Source: a virus. From it: a stretch of DNA of 49,373 nt. Positions 22,948 to 31,037 of the stretch are shown here, piece after piece. The position numbers were made by a program, and so were the translations under genes. The notes under the pieces are model-generated. The model was not told where the DNA came from and did no database searches. It saw only the letters and a list, made by a program, of their open reading frames with translations. Numbering within the stretch: the first letter of the stretch is position 1; the number at the start of each line of letters is the position of its first letter. The stretch is from positions 1 to 49,373 of the IMG/VR virus record IMGVR_UViG_3300017613_000725; one strand, written 5' to 3'.

Positions 22948-23241
22948 TCATTCATTCACATCTATTGTAAAGTGACCGTTATCTGAATTATCCCCATCCA
23001 TTTCGTCTTTACCAAGATAATAATTACTATCGACACTATCTAAACCTTTGGTTAATTCTCTGATGAAATCAACCATTATAGTCTCTGGCTCAAGTCTGCT
23101 AAGTGGTGTGCTATAGGATTGTTTTATCCCCCCAAGATGTCTTTTAGCGTCTTTTACTAAGTCATAGCCGTCCCAGTGGCTAAATAAAACAACGCTTTCA
23201 TCCAGGTTGTTTTTGAAGCTGATTGATATTCGATTTCCCAT
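22948..23241 (-). CDS. hypothetical protein
   Basis: Track ORF in operon context. Confidence 0.6.
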   Translation of the reverse strand: MGNRISISFKNNLDESVVLFSHWDGYDLVKDAKRHLGGIKQSYSTPLSRLEPETIMVDFIRELTKGLDSVDSNYYLGKDEMDGDNSDNGHFTIDVNE

Positions 23242-23265
23242 TTTGTTACCTCTTTAGTTAGTTGT

Positions 23266-23553
23266 TTACTTATCAATTATTACTTTTCTTTTGCCATCTT
23301 CCCAAAAAACCGCACACGCCTTTATATCTTTTGGCTTTGGTTTATAGTCTCTAATTATTTTTGATATCTCAAGTTTTTGTAAAATCTTTTCGGCTTCTGC
23401 ACGACCTAAAAAGTAATAGGTAGTTATTTCCTTTAGTCCCTTCTTCCGCCACTTTTTATCTTTGTGGTGGTAAATTTCTCCCTTTTCGTTTACTATATAA
23501 TAATAAGTGAAACAGGGCTTAAAGCCAGCTTGATTGTTTCTAATTGAAAACAC
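23266..23553 (-). CDS. hypothetical protein
   Basis: Track ORF in operon context. Confidence 0.6.
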   Translation of the reverse strand: MFSIRNNQAGFKPCFTYYYIVNEKGEIYHHKDKKWRKKGLKEITTYYFLGRAEAEKILQKLEISKIIRDYKPKPKDIKACAVFWEDGKRKVIIDK

Positions 23554-23588
23554 TTCACACCTCTTTTAGTTGTTAAAGAAAAATTGTT

Positions 23589-24026
23589 TTAATTCCATTT
23601 AGCGTTTTCATATTCCGGTAAATTGTTTATGATTTTGGAAGTGATTTGCTCAATCAGCCGATCTAAGTCCTGTACCCTGCTATCCTGTTCTAATATTTCC
23701 CCTTCTATTTGGTATCTTAGGCACTCAAGACTTTTTAACAGTTGATAAATGTTTGTTGGCTTACCCTTGTTGAAGTCGATTATATTGGTCTCAAGCGGTT
23801 CATTTTCGTTGTACCGTTCATTCCAGGAAATTATGTTTATTTCATAAAGCTTTTTTAACAAGCTTCTTATCCGGTTTGTATCGTTCCCGTTTTCATCAGG
23901 GAAGAAATAGCCATATTCTAAATAAGAATAAAGCATATTTTTGCTACCGTTTGTAAAATAATCGCCAGACTCTAAAGTTCTGCAAATATTCTCAATGGTT
24001 TTTGGCTCAATTATAAAAACACTCAT
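23589..24026 (-). CDS. hypothetical protein (145 aa)
   Basis: Track ORF; ATGA-type overlap with the next gene. Confidence 0.6.
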   Translation of the reverse strand: MSVFIIEPKTIENICRTLESGDYFTNGSKNMLYSYLEYGYFFPDENGNDTNRIRSLLKKLYEINIISWNERYNENEPLETNIIDFNKGKPTNIYQLLKSLECLRYQIEGEILEQDSRVQDLDRLIEQITSKIINNLPEYENAKWN

Positions 24027-24241
24027 TTTATTACCCCCCTGTCCCAGAACGGATCATACGCAAAAGGAATTTCAAAGTACATCCCCTCGCCTTCGATTTG
24101 TGAATGAAATTTAGTAACATTGTTTTTATATTTATAGCCATTTATTATTTTTTGGCTTTCTGGTGTTACTTTTACATACAGGTCTGATTCGTGGTTACTC
24201 AAATCAAAACCAGCTTTTTTTAATTGTTCGTAAATAGTCAT
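24023..24241 (-). CDS. hypothetical protein
   Basis: Start moved to the ATG after AAGGAG. Confidence 0.55.
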   Translation of the reverse strand: MTIYEQLKKAGFDLSNHESDLYVKVTPESQKIINGYKYKNNVTKFHSQIEGEGMYFEIPFAYDPFWDRGVIK

Positions 24242-24242
24242 A

Positions 24243-24419
24243 TTATTCTCCTTCACATTCTATATATTGCTCCATATCGTGATAAGCAGTTCGGCAATAT
24301 ATTACGCTGTTTAGAGATTCGGCATTATAGCCGTTTATTTTAGTAATCAAAATCAGTTCCTCTTTTGTTGCGAACCCCATTTCGATTATCCAATCCCAAA
24401 TTTCGTCTAAGTTTTCCAT
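24243..24419 (-). CDS. 58-aa hypothetical protein
   Basis: GGAGAAAAGGAA upstream; tiles between neighbours; below the track cutoff. Confidence 0.45.
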   Translation of the reverse strand: MENLDEIWDWIIEMGFATKEELILITKINGYNAESLNSVIYCRTAYHDMEQYIECEGE

Positions 24420-24547
24420 TTCCTTTTCTCCTTTATTATTAAAAAATTATATCTTATAAGCCCAATAAATAAGCAGTCCAGCCAGAACAAAAAGGGCTGG
24501 AATAATAATTGTGAGTAACATAATGCACCCTTATATTTAATGAATGG

Positions 24548-24817
24548 TTAATGGTTTTCAATTTCGTTTATTCTGTTTCTTGTATAATTAAGATAATATG
24601 AAAAATAATCCTCTAATTCATAAAGTGCGTCAATTTCTGTTAAAAAAACAACATCAGTTCCGAAAGTTAAATGTCTTCTGTCTTTTTGCACATCTAAAAG
24701 AGGGAAAAATTCATCTTCTCTTTTTTCTTCGAGCTTTATTACTTTGCGAATTGTATCTATATTGAGCCAATAATAACACATTCCGCTTTTCATATTTTTG
24801 ACCCTAATCGTTTTCAT
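24548..24817 (-). CDS. hypothetical protein
   Basis: Start moved to MKTIRV, adjacent to the upstream stop. Confidence 0.55.
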   Translation of the reverse strand: MKTIRVKNMKSGMCYYWLNIDTIRKVIKLEEKREDEFFPLLDVQKDRRHLTFGTDVVFLTEIDALYELEDYFSYYLNYTRNRINEIENH

Positions 24818-24818
24818 T

Positions 24819-24995
24819 TTATACCTTTTCGTGATAATCAAAGGTGAGTAGTAAGAAATAAGCCAAATTTCCGTAAGTTGTATTTAGCTTAAACGATGCC
24901 TTTTCCCAAGCTACCGGCAAGTTGTTGCAGACAACACTAAATTGATTTATTATAGTATTGTCACCGTTGCGAACATTGAAAAAATACCGTTTCAT
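24819..24995 (-). CDS. 58-aa hypothetical protein
   Basis: Leader TTATTTAATAGGCAGTAAAATG is paralogous to that of 25022..25165. Confidence 0.4.
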   Translation of the reverse strand: MKRYFFNVRNGDNTIINQFSVVCNNLPVAWEKASFKLNTTYGNLAYFLLLTFDYHEKV

Positions 24996-25021
24996 TTTAC
25001 TGCCTATTAAATAATGAATAA

Positions 25022-25165
25022 TTAATGAAGTTTTTTAAGTCTAATTAAATCTGCGGTTATGCGAGCTTTAAGAAAAATTCTTTCTAATTTCTTTCTGTTT
25101 TTCTTTCTCCAAAGTCTTTCTTCTGCTAAATCTCTTTGTTTTTGTAAATTATATGCGTTTTTCAT
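25022..25165 (-). CDS. 47-aa basic protein
   Basis: Leader TTATTTAATAGGTGATAAAATG; first gene of the leftward operon. Confidence 0.4.
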   Translation of the reverse strand: MKNAYNLQKQRDLAEERLWRKKNRKKLERIFLKARITADLIRLKKLH

Positions 25166-25370
25166 TTTATCACCTATTAAATAATAATTTATAAAAGTAT
25201 TACAAGCTTAATGCCAAAGCATAAAACAGCGAAAACAGAACGGAAACAAAGTATAAAAACCGTGCCAGAGATTGGCAGGTAAATGTTACTAAAAAAACTT
25301 ACCGATATGAGTAAAATTAACCGAAATAAAAGGGAGCAAAAAGAAAAACGAAAAAAAAGACGCTTGAGGG

Positions 25371-25401
25371 TTGACTCTTAAATTTATTATGCTTATGTTT
25401 G
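25371..25401 (+). promoter_or_regulatory. promoter candidate, TTGACT-N17-TATGTT(TG)
   Basis: TTGACT at 25371-76 and TATGTT at 25394-99. TATGTTTG also fits the Bacteroidota -7 motif TAnnTTTG. Confidence 0.35.
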
Positions 25402-25597
25402 CAACCGTAAATAAAAAGGTATCTTGATCTACTCAGACTTAAAAGAAATATCTAAAATCGATAGTTTCGCATTTCTGCAACGCAACCAGCGAATTGATGA
25501 GCAATTTCCAGAGCTGCCACTTTTTACAATCACGCATCCCTCCAAAACAACTAAGCAAGATAAATTAAAAATAGATAGAATAATTAAAGAATTTTGT

Positions 25598-25632
25598 AAA
25601 AAACAAAAAAATAGCCGGCTATAAAACCGGCT
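25598..25632 (-). terminator. intrinsic terminator of the monocistronic leftward gene 25656..25898
   Basis: Minus strand reads AGCCGG-ttttatag-CCGGCT followed by ATTTTTTTGTTTTTT. Confidence 0.65.
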
Positions 25633-25655
25633 GAATGTTCTTTTAAATAATGGTT

Positions 25656-25898
25656 TCACCAAGTTTTAACAAAAAACTGTGTGATTTTAAAGTCATTAGG
25701 GGAAACATTAAATAAACGAGTTTCTCCCATTGTACCGTTAACCATTAAGCGAAGTTGCTTTTGTGGTTCAAGGTACATAACAGAAGTTACTTCATAAGTT
25801 TTACCGTCATATTCAACTTTTGAAATAACTGGAGTGTCCAAGTTCCGCATTTCAACTTGTAGATTGTAAAATGATCTGTAGTCTATTGATATTTGCAT
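25656..25898 (-). CDS. hypothetical protein (80 aa) with its own terminator
   Basis: AAGGAG SD; terminator begins 24 nt after the stop. Confidence 0.6.
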   Translation of the reverse strand: MQISIDYRSFYNLQVEMRNLDTPVISKVEYDGKTYEVTSVMYLEPQKQLRLMVNGTMGETRLFNVSPNDFKITQFFVKTW

Positions 25899-26120
25899 TT
25901 TATTAACTCCTTATTAAATGGATGGATTAAGAAAGTTTTTTATAATTAGCATAAACAATAAACCTTGCAGATTGATTATTATCTAAACATTGCCGAATAA
26001 GAATGTTTTTAAGCTTTTTAGATAATTTCATTCTATTAACAGTATTTATAATTATAAACAAACTGCAAAAACATACAAATTAAACTAAATTACAATAAAA
26101 TAAAACTATGCCAAATAAAC

Positions 26121-26165
26121 AAGTAAAAATTACAAGTAATAACTACAATCTAAGTAATAATTACA
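26121..26165. repeat. three tandem AAGTAA(A/T)AA(T/C)TACA repeats (iteron/operator-like) in the divergent intergenic region
   Basis: Copies at 26121-34, 26134-47 and 26152-65; a partial AAATTACA at 26087-94. Confidence 0.6.
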
Positions 26166-26294
26166 TTAAGCAGTTACACTAACAATGCCAGCACATAAAA
26201 ACAATAAATATGCAAGCTTTAACAACTTAGAACGGTTTAAAAAAAAAGAGACTTAGTAAAAAAAGAGCTAAACTCATTCAGGGGTAAACGCTTG

Positions 26295-26762
26295 ATGGCT
26301 CAATTCAACCAGTTAAGAATATTAAATCAATCGGATATACTTACTAAAGATCAATGGAAACAAATTGCAACAACATACAGACCTAAATTGAATACAGGAA
26401 TAGCAGTAAATAAAGCTAAAAACTTCCTAAAAAAGGATGAAGTTAAAACTCTGGTTGATGGAGACCTCAGACAGATTATGGAGGTTAATGGAATCAATTT
26501 GCCCTTTATTGTGAAAGAACAGAAGGAATTGCTTGAATTAACGAAAGAAAACAAACAATATGCAGTAACACAAAGAGTAATTGAAGGGCTAAAGAACGAC
26601 TTAGGGCTCAACACTAAGGTAAAAGTAACAGAAACACGCACACAAAACAGCAATTTAGCGGATAACTACCAGAAAGCAGTAAAACAAACCAAAAAAGTAA
26701 CAATAGAGACAGAGCAGAGCACGGCAAACACAGAAACGCAGGACAATACCACAAATGAATAG
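26295..26762 (+). CDS. hypothetical protein; weak small-terminase candidate by size and position only
   Basis: First rightward gene after the divergent region; 155 aa, charged and helical. Confidence 0.55.
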   Translation: MAQFNQLRILNQSDILTKDQWKQIATTYRPKLNTGIAVNKAKNFLKKDEVKTLVDGDLRQIMEVNGINLPFIVKEQKELLELTKENKQYAVTQRVIEGLKNDLGLNTKVKVTETRTQNSNLADNYQKAVKQTKKVTIETEQSTANTETQDNTTNE

Positions 26763-26925
26763 TGCTAAAACTATCAAAAAACACGGCAGAATAGAAAAAA
26801 TACTGTATTTTAAGACTGTATTGACAGAGTGTGAGTGGTTAGAGGCACAACAGCGAGCTAAACAGCAGTTAAAAGAGGGTGTTGAGTGGCTAAATAGTGC
26901 GATTAGTAAGAGTTTTCACGGGTAA
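26755..26925 (+). CDS. 56-aa hypothetical protein
   Basis: Overlaps the upstream stop; below the track cutoff. Confidence 0.4.
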   Translation: MNSAKTIKKHGRIEKILYFKTVLTECEWLEAQQRAKQQLKEGVEWLNSAISKSFHG

Positions 26926-26930
26926 ATAGA

Positions 26931-27485
26931 ATGATGGACGAGAGGATGATGAAAGTTTTCAACGAAAAGAGATGGGTAGGCACCCCGAATGAAGGCACCG
27001 GCATAAGCTGTGAGAGAGAGGCATAAACTATACAACTATTTTCAGAATCATATAAAACAGCACGTTTAATACAGGGTATTTCTCCTGAGAGGTGGGTTCA
27101 GATAGAAGGTCACCCAAATTACAGCGTAAGTAACTACGGAAGAATTCGCAGTTCAAAAAATATTTTTAAAAAAATTTCCATAAGAGAGGGCTACCCACAC
27201 GTAAGTCTTTCACGGGATGGCAAGAGAAGGCGCATCCCTGTCCATCGGTTAGTCGCACAAGCGTTTATTGACAACCCGGAAAATTTAGCGACAGTCAACC
27301 ACAAAAATTTTGACAAAGAGAATAATTGGGCTTACAATTTAGAGTGGATGAGCATAAAAGACAACGTACTACATTCTTATAATGCCGGCAGGGGGAGGGC
27401 GATTAAAATCACTAACGGTTGTCGTATTTGCACGAAATGTAAAGAAATGAAAAAATTGGAGTTATTTTCGAAGACTTCTACATAA
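26931..27485 (+). pseudogene. HNH homing endonuclease (NUMOD4 + HNH_3 type) lacking a usable start: an in-frame TAA at 27024-27026 separates a 31-codon ATG ORF from the endonuclease body
   Basis: ERWVQIEGHPNYSVSNYGRIRS ... PVHRLVAQAFIDNPENLATVNHKNFDKENNWAYNLEWMSIKDNVLH. There is no ATG/GTG/TTG between 27027 and the domain. Confidence 0.75.
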
Positions 27486-27500
27486 ACAAACCAAAGAGGA

Positions 27501-27719
27501 ATGAAGATGAAAGACAGGGAACTTATAAAAAAATTACAGGAAGAGATCAGGGAGCTTAAAAAACAATTACCGCTAAAAACTTATGTTGTAAAATTGCAAA
27601 ACGAAGATGAAATAGAAATACAGGCACACGGGTTTAATTGGGCAGACCATAAGGTAACTTTCTGGGTTCACCCTTTCGAGGAGATAGCTTTTTTTAACAA
27701 CCCCGTATTTGTAAAATGA
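27501..27719 (+). CDS. hypothetical protein
   Basis: AGAGGA SD; track ORF. Confidence 0.6.
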   Translation: MKMKDRELIKKLQEEIRELKKQLPLKTYVVKLQNEDEIEIQAHGFNWADHKVTFWVHPFEEIAFFNNPVFVK

Positions 27720-27934
27720 ACATAACGGCGATAGAGAGAAAAATATATAATAAGGTCAAGTATCTTCAAATACCCGAAGACGAGCTTACTTCTGTAAATT
27801 TTGGAGAAGCGGCGTTCCGGGCGGGTCAGTTAGATATGGCGAAGCTTCTGATGAGTTTACGTAATGGCGAGTTATCAGAAGAACAGGTAAGGATAGAGTT
27901 AGCGAAGCTGGACAGTGTAGAGGCGGTAAATTGA
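27716..27934 (+). CDS. hypothetical protein
   Basis: ATGA overlap with the upstream gene. Confidence 0.6.
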   Translation: MNITAIERKIYNKVKYLQIPEDELTSVNFGEAAFRAGQLDMAKLLMSLRNGELSEEQVRIELAKLDSVEAVN

Positions 27935-27936
27935 CT

Positions 27937-28092
27937 ATGCCGATTTATGAATACATCTGTGAGCAGTGCGGGCACAAATTTTCTCTAATGTTCTATGGGA
28001 GACGTTTAAAACCCAAGTGTCCTATTTGCAGGGGTAAAGTTAAGCAACTATTTTCAACCTTTAATACTAAGCCGAGTCAGGTACAGAGTTGA
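27937..28092 (+). CDS. FmdB-family zinc-ribbon protein
   Basis: MPIYEYICEQCGHKF...CPICRG is the canonical FmdB signature. Confidence 0.65.
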   Translation: MPIYEYICEQCGHKFSLMFYGRRLKPKCPICRGKVKQLFSTFNTKPSQVQS

Positions 28093-28304
28093 ACTACATA
28101 ATAGAGAGTAAATTCTCAATAGGAGACATAGTAACTCCAAAGTTGAATACCGAGGACAAGTATTACATAATAGGATACGAGATATTAAGTGCGGACAAGG
28201 CAGGGAATGTGAGTAATTTTGTAGCAAAATGTTCCAGTGGCACGGGGAATGTGATAAATATGTACGAATACGAATTAGAATTAAGAGAACCAGTTGAAAA
28301 TTGA
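28089..28304 (+). CDS. hypothetical protein (TTG start)
   Basis: Track ORF; overlaps the upstream stop. Confidence 0.5.
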   Translation: MNYIIESKFSIGDIVTPKLNTEDKYYIIGYEILSADKAGNVSNFVAKCSSGTGNVINMYEYELELREPVEN

Positions 28305-28540
28305 CCAAAGATGAAGGTATGGATTTCAAAAAAATAAACGATTCGAAATTTTTATATAAGTTTAAATTCCAATTTATAGACAAAGAAATGGGTTTCAGAA
28401 ACATATATTCAAACAAATATAACGTAATTGCGAATAATTTTAACGAGGCACTGGATAAGGTTGTATTTAGAGAAGGCGACAGCGAAGTTCTTGACATTAA
28501 AAGCGTAACTAAGGAATACTTGAATAACTTTGAAAATTAG
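28301..28540 (+). CDS. hypothetical protein (TTG start; alternative ATG 28319)
   Basis: Track ORF. Confidence 0.5.
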   Translation: MTKDEGMDFKKINDSKFLYKFKFQFIDKEMGFRNIYSNKYNVIANNFNEALDKVVFREGDSEVLDIKSVTKEYLNNFEN

Positions 28541-28541
28541 A

Positions 28542-28706
28542 ATGATAGCACCTTCGGGTGAAGAATACACATTCACAGAACCTAAATACGTCAAAATTGT
28601 CGTTGAGGAGGGAGATAGGGAAGTAATCTATTGGTTTAAGCACGCAAGGAAGCGCAGAGACCCAGTAGAAGGGTGGTATATGAATAAAGAACCGGAGAAA
28701 TTATAA
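28542..28706 (+). CDS. 54-aa hypothetical protein
   Basis: Tiles exactly between neighbours (TAATG overlap at 28706). Confidence 0.45.
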   Translation: MIAPSGEEYTFTEPKYVKIVVEEGDREVIYWFKHARKRRDPVEGWYMNKEPEKL

Positions 28707-28888
28707 TGGCGAAACCAGCAAGAAAACGAAAGAAATTACCAGATTGGGTTATTGACCCTGATTTCGTCCAACCCACGAAGTCAACCAGAACTTTTAAGAA
28801 AAAACGAGTTACGGGTACTAAAAAGAGTCAAACCAAGTGGTCTGGTCGAACAAAGAATAAGGCGAAAAGGGATGTGTTAGGGCAATGA
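28706..28888 (+). CDS. very basic small protein (nucleic-acid-binding candidate)
   Basis: K/R-rich throughout. Confidence 0.55.
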   Translation: MAKPARKRKKLPDWVIDPDFVQPTKSTRTFKKKRVTGTKKSQTKWSGRTKNKAKRDVLGQ

Positions 28889-29004
28889 CACTAACTAAAG
28901 AAAATTTGGCGGAAGCGTTTTTCGGGGGAATAAACAGCATTCACCACGAAAGACAATTTTTTGCAGAAACAGAAATAGGAATATTAGAGTTTATACTTAA
29001 TTAA
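28885..29004 (+). CDS. 39-aa hypothetical protein
   Basis: ATGA overlap with the upstream gene. Confidence 0.35.
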   Translation: MTLTKENLAEAFFGGINSIHHERQFFAETEIGILEFILN

Positions 29005-29010
29005 GAAGAA

Positions 29011-29208
29011 ATGAAGCCCAGGATAAAGATAAGGCGGACAGACCCCATTAAGAGTCCATTTCGGTTTCTTGATATGGACGGGGAATATTTAGATTTTGAT
29101 TTTTTGTCAGAGGAGGAACAATTAAAAAAATTAACTGAGTGTCTGGGATTTTTAGAATGCAAAACCCTAACAAGGAAAGAACTTAAAGAACAATATAATA
29201 TAGAATAA
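29011..29208 (+). CDS. hypothetical protein
   Basis: Track ORF. Confidence 0.5.
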   Translation: MKPRIKIRRTDPIKSPFRFLDMDGEYLDFDFLSEEEQLKKLTECLGFLECKTLTRKELKEQYNIE

Positions 29209-29235
29209 CTTTTAATTAAAATACATAGCAAGGAA

Positions 29236-29252
29236 GTTCCCAATTTGGGAAC
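29236..29252. repeat. 17-bp palindrome, GTTCCCAA-t-TTGGGAAC
   Basis: Read directly; lies 65 nt upstream of the terL start. Confidence 0.8.
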
Positions 29253-29261
29253 TATTAACCA

Positions 29262-29305
29262 AGCAGAAACCCAGAGTCATAGGACTTTAAGTTTCTGCTT
29301 TTTTT
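29262..29305 (+). terminator. intrinsic terminator immediately upstream of terL
   Basis: AGCAGAAAC-N20-GTTTCTGCT followed by T6. Confidence 0.6.
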
Positions 29306-29316
29306 ATGACAGACAA

Positions 29317-30852
29317 ATGCAATTAAGCCCAGAAGAAATAAAACGGGAATTAAAGAACGATTTACTATTGTTCGGGAGAACGATAAGCCCCGCAGCTTTC
29401 GGGCTACCTTCCCCCGAATTCCATTGTGAATTAGCCGACTTATTTATGGACAGGGCTGAAACAAGAATAGCGATAGAAGCTCCTCGTGGATATGCGAAAA
29501 GTACGCTTTGTATTTTTACTGTTCTACATCATCTGATGTTTGACGAGGGGAGTAAGTATGTTGTTATCCAGTCTAAAACACAAAGGGAAGCTAAAAAACG
29601 TCTTGGGGCGATAAAAAATATAATAGAATATTCGGGAGCATTTAGAGAGTTATTCGGATATATGGGTATGCAGGTGGCAAAGACTTGGAGAGAAGATTCC
29701 ATTGTGCTTCCTGATGGCAATACGATTGAAGCTAAGGGATACGGACAGCCCGTAAGAGGTGGTTTGAGTGAGGATTGGGCGAGAGTTACACTTTATTATC
29801 TGGATGACCCCGAAGATGAGGATAACACCAAGACTAAAGACGCTATGGAGGACAATCTCAAGAAATTCTTATCAGCAATCCCTGGTTTGGAAAAGAAAAC
29901 AGGCAGGTGCATAGTAGTAGGAACTCCGATAAATCAAAGTTGTCTTGTGGAGAAATTAAGAAAGATGGGCGGTTGGGTTTTCAAACACTATCAAGCCGTT
30001 AACGAAAAAACCAAAGAAGTCTTGTGGGAAGAAATGGAAACCTACGAGGAGTTAATGCGGGAAAAAGAAGACCACATTTCTATCGGCAAGGTTTCGATGT
30101 GGTATTCTGAAAAGCAATGTATTATCACCGGGGACGAAGATGCTTTATTTGAAGAGCAGGACATAAGATGGTGGGACGGATACCTTAAAACTGAAGGCGA
30201 AGATTCATTCCTTCACATCACTCACCAGAACAGACGTAAAAACGCAAATAATATTTGGGAAATGATATTGTTAGAGAACGAGCGGGTTATTCCCGTTAAT
30301 ACATTTATCGGCGTTGACCCTGCTTCATCTGAAAGAAGGGGTGCTGATTTTTCTACCACCGTTCCGATAGCTTATGATGAACACAAGAATATTTATGCGC
30401 TTCCTTATTATGAAAAGAGAGTGCGCCCTACCGTACACGCAAGGCAGATACAGGATAAATTTTTAGAAATAAGACCCAAAAAAACTTACATAGAATCAGT
30501 TGCTTACCAGGAATCATTAAGAGCTATGATGAGAGAGTGGATGGAAGATACTGATGAATATATACCGGGCATAGAGAAAAGATGGCAGCCGAGGCAGGAG
30601 AAGAACGAGAGGTTAAGCGAACTTCAGAGATTTACAAAGAGCAAGAGATTGCATCTCCAGCCGGGTATGAACCGGTTATTAGATGAGATGCTGCTGTTCC
30701 CAAGGGGTAATAAGAACCTGTTAGATGGTTTGTGGTATGCCACAAGGTCTTTAAGAGTGCCTGACCACAGTACAGCAGGCGAAGAAGATGACGATAAATA
30801 TATGGCAATACAATACTACCAAACTCAGGAATCACGCTGGATGGCAAAATGA
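29317..30852 (+). CDS. terL: terminase large subunit
   Basis: Walker A-like PRGYAKST; 511 aa; directly upstream of the portal. Start set at ATG 29317 because the track TTG start lies inside the palindrome/terminator. Confidence 0.85.
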   Translation: MQLSPEEIKRELKNDLLLFGRTISPAAFGLPSPEFHCELADLFMDRAETRIAIEAPRGYAKSTLCIFTVLHHLMFDEGSKYVVIQSKTQREAKKRLGAIKNIIEYSGAFRELFGYMGMQVAKTWREDSIVLPDGNTIEAKGYGQPVRGGLSEDWARVTLYYLDDPEDEDNTKTKDAMEDNLKKFLSAIPGLEKKTGRCIVVGTPINQSCLVEKLRKMGGWVFKHYQAVNEKTKEVLWEEMETYEELMREKEDHISIGKVSMWYSEKQCIITGDEDALFEEQDIRWWDGYLKTEGEDSFLHITHQNRRKNANNIWEMILLENERVIPVNTFIGVDPASSERRGADFSTTVPIAYDEHKNIYALPYYEKRVRPTVHARQIQDKFLEIRPKKTYIESVAYQESLRAMMREWMEDTDEYIPGIEKRWQPRQEKNERLSELQRFTKSKRLHLQPGMNRLLDEMLLFPRGNKNLLDGLWYATRSLRVPDHSTAGEEDDDKYMAIQYYQTQESRWMAK

Positions 30853-31037
30853 AAACAACATATTGTCCAGATTGTAAGAAAGACGTAATCACAAGATACA
30901 GATTTTTAACGAACTGGTGTTCTGTTTGTGACAACCCCCTGACAGAACCGATAAAACTAAATCTCCGTTTTATCAAGGAAGCGGGGAAAGACGAGAGACA
31001 CGCAAAAATGGCGAAAGAATTTGAAAGGTTCGAGTGA
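30849..31037 (+). CDS. zinc-ribbon protein
   Basis: CPDCKK...CSVCDN; ATGA overlap. Confidence 0.55.
   Translation: MKTTYCPDCKKDVITRYRFLTNWCSVCDNPLTEPIKLNLRFIKEAGKDERHAKMAKEFERFE

Noticed and set aside
25424-25662. Two mutually overlapping ORFs (25424..25624 + and 25429..25662 -)
   Set aside because: The first starts at TTG, and neither has an RBS. Both run through the intrinsic terminator hairpin at 25613-25632. The region is treated as non-coding or regulatory.
22266-26291. Lysogeny module (integrase, CI/Cro) in the divergent leftward region
   Set aside because: The largest leftward product is 145 aa. I saw no tyrosine or serine recombinase motif and no clear HTH repressor.
28054-28497. 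147-aa minus-strand ORF; similar antisense ORFs occur in the portal, capsid and tail genes (for example 30632..31051, 31694..32182, 40861..41157)
   Set aside because: All are nested antisense to well-supported plus-strand genes, and their translations are low-complexity.
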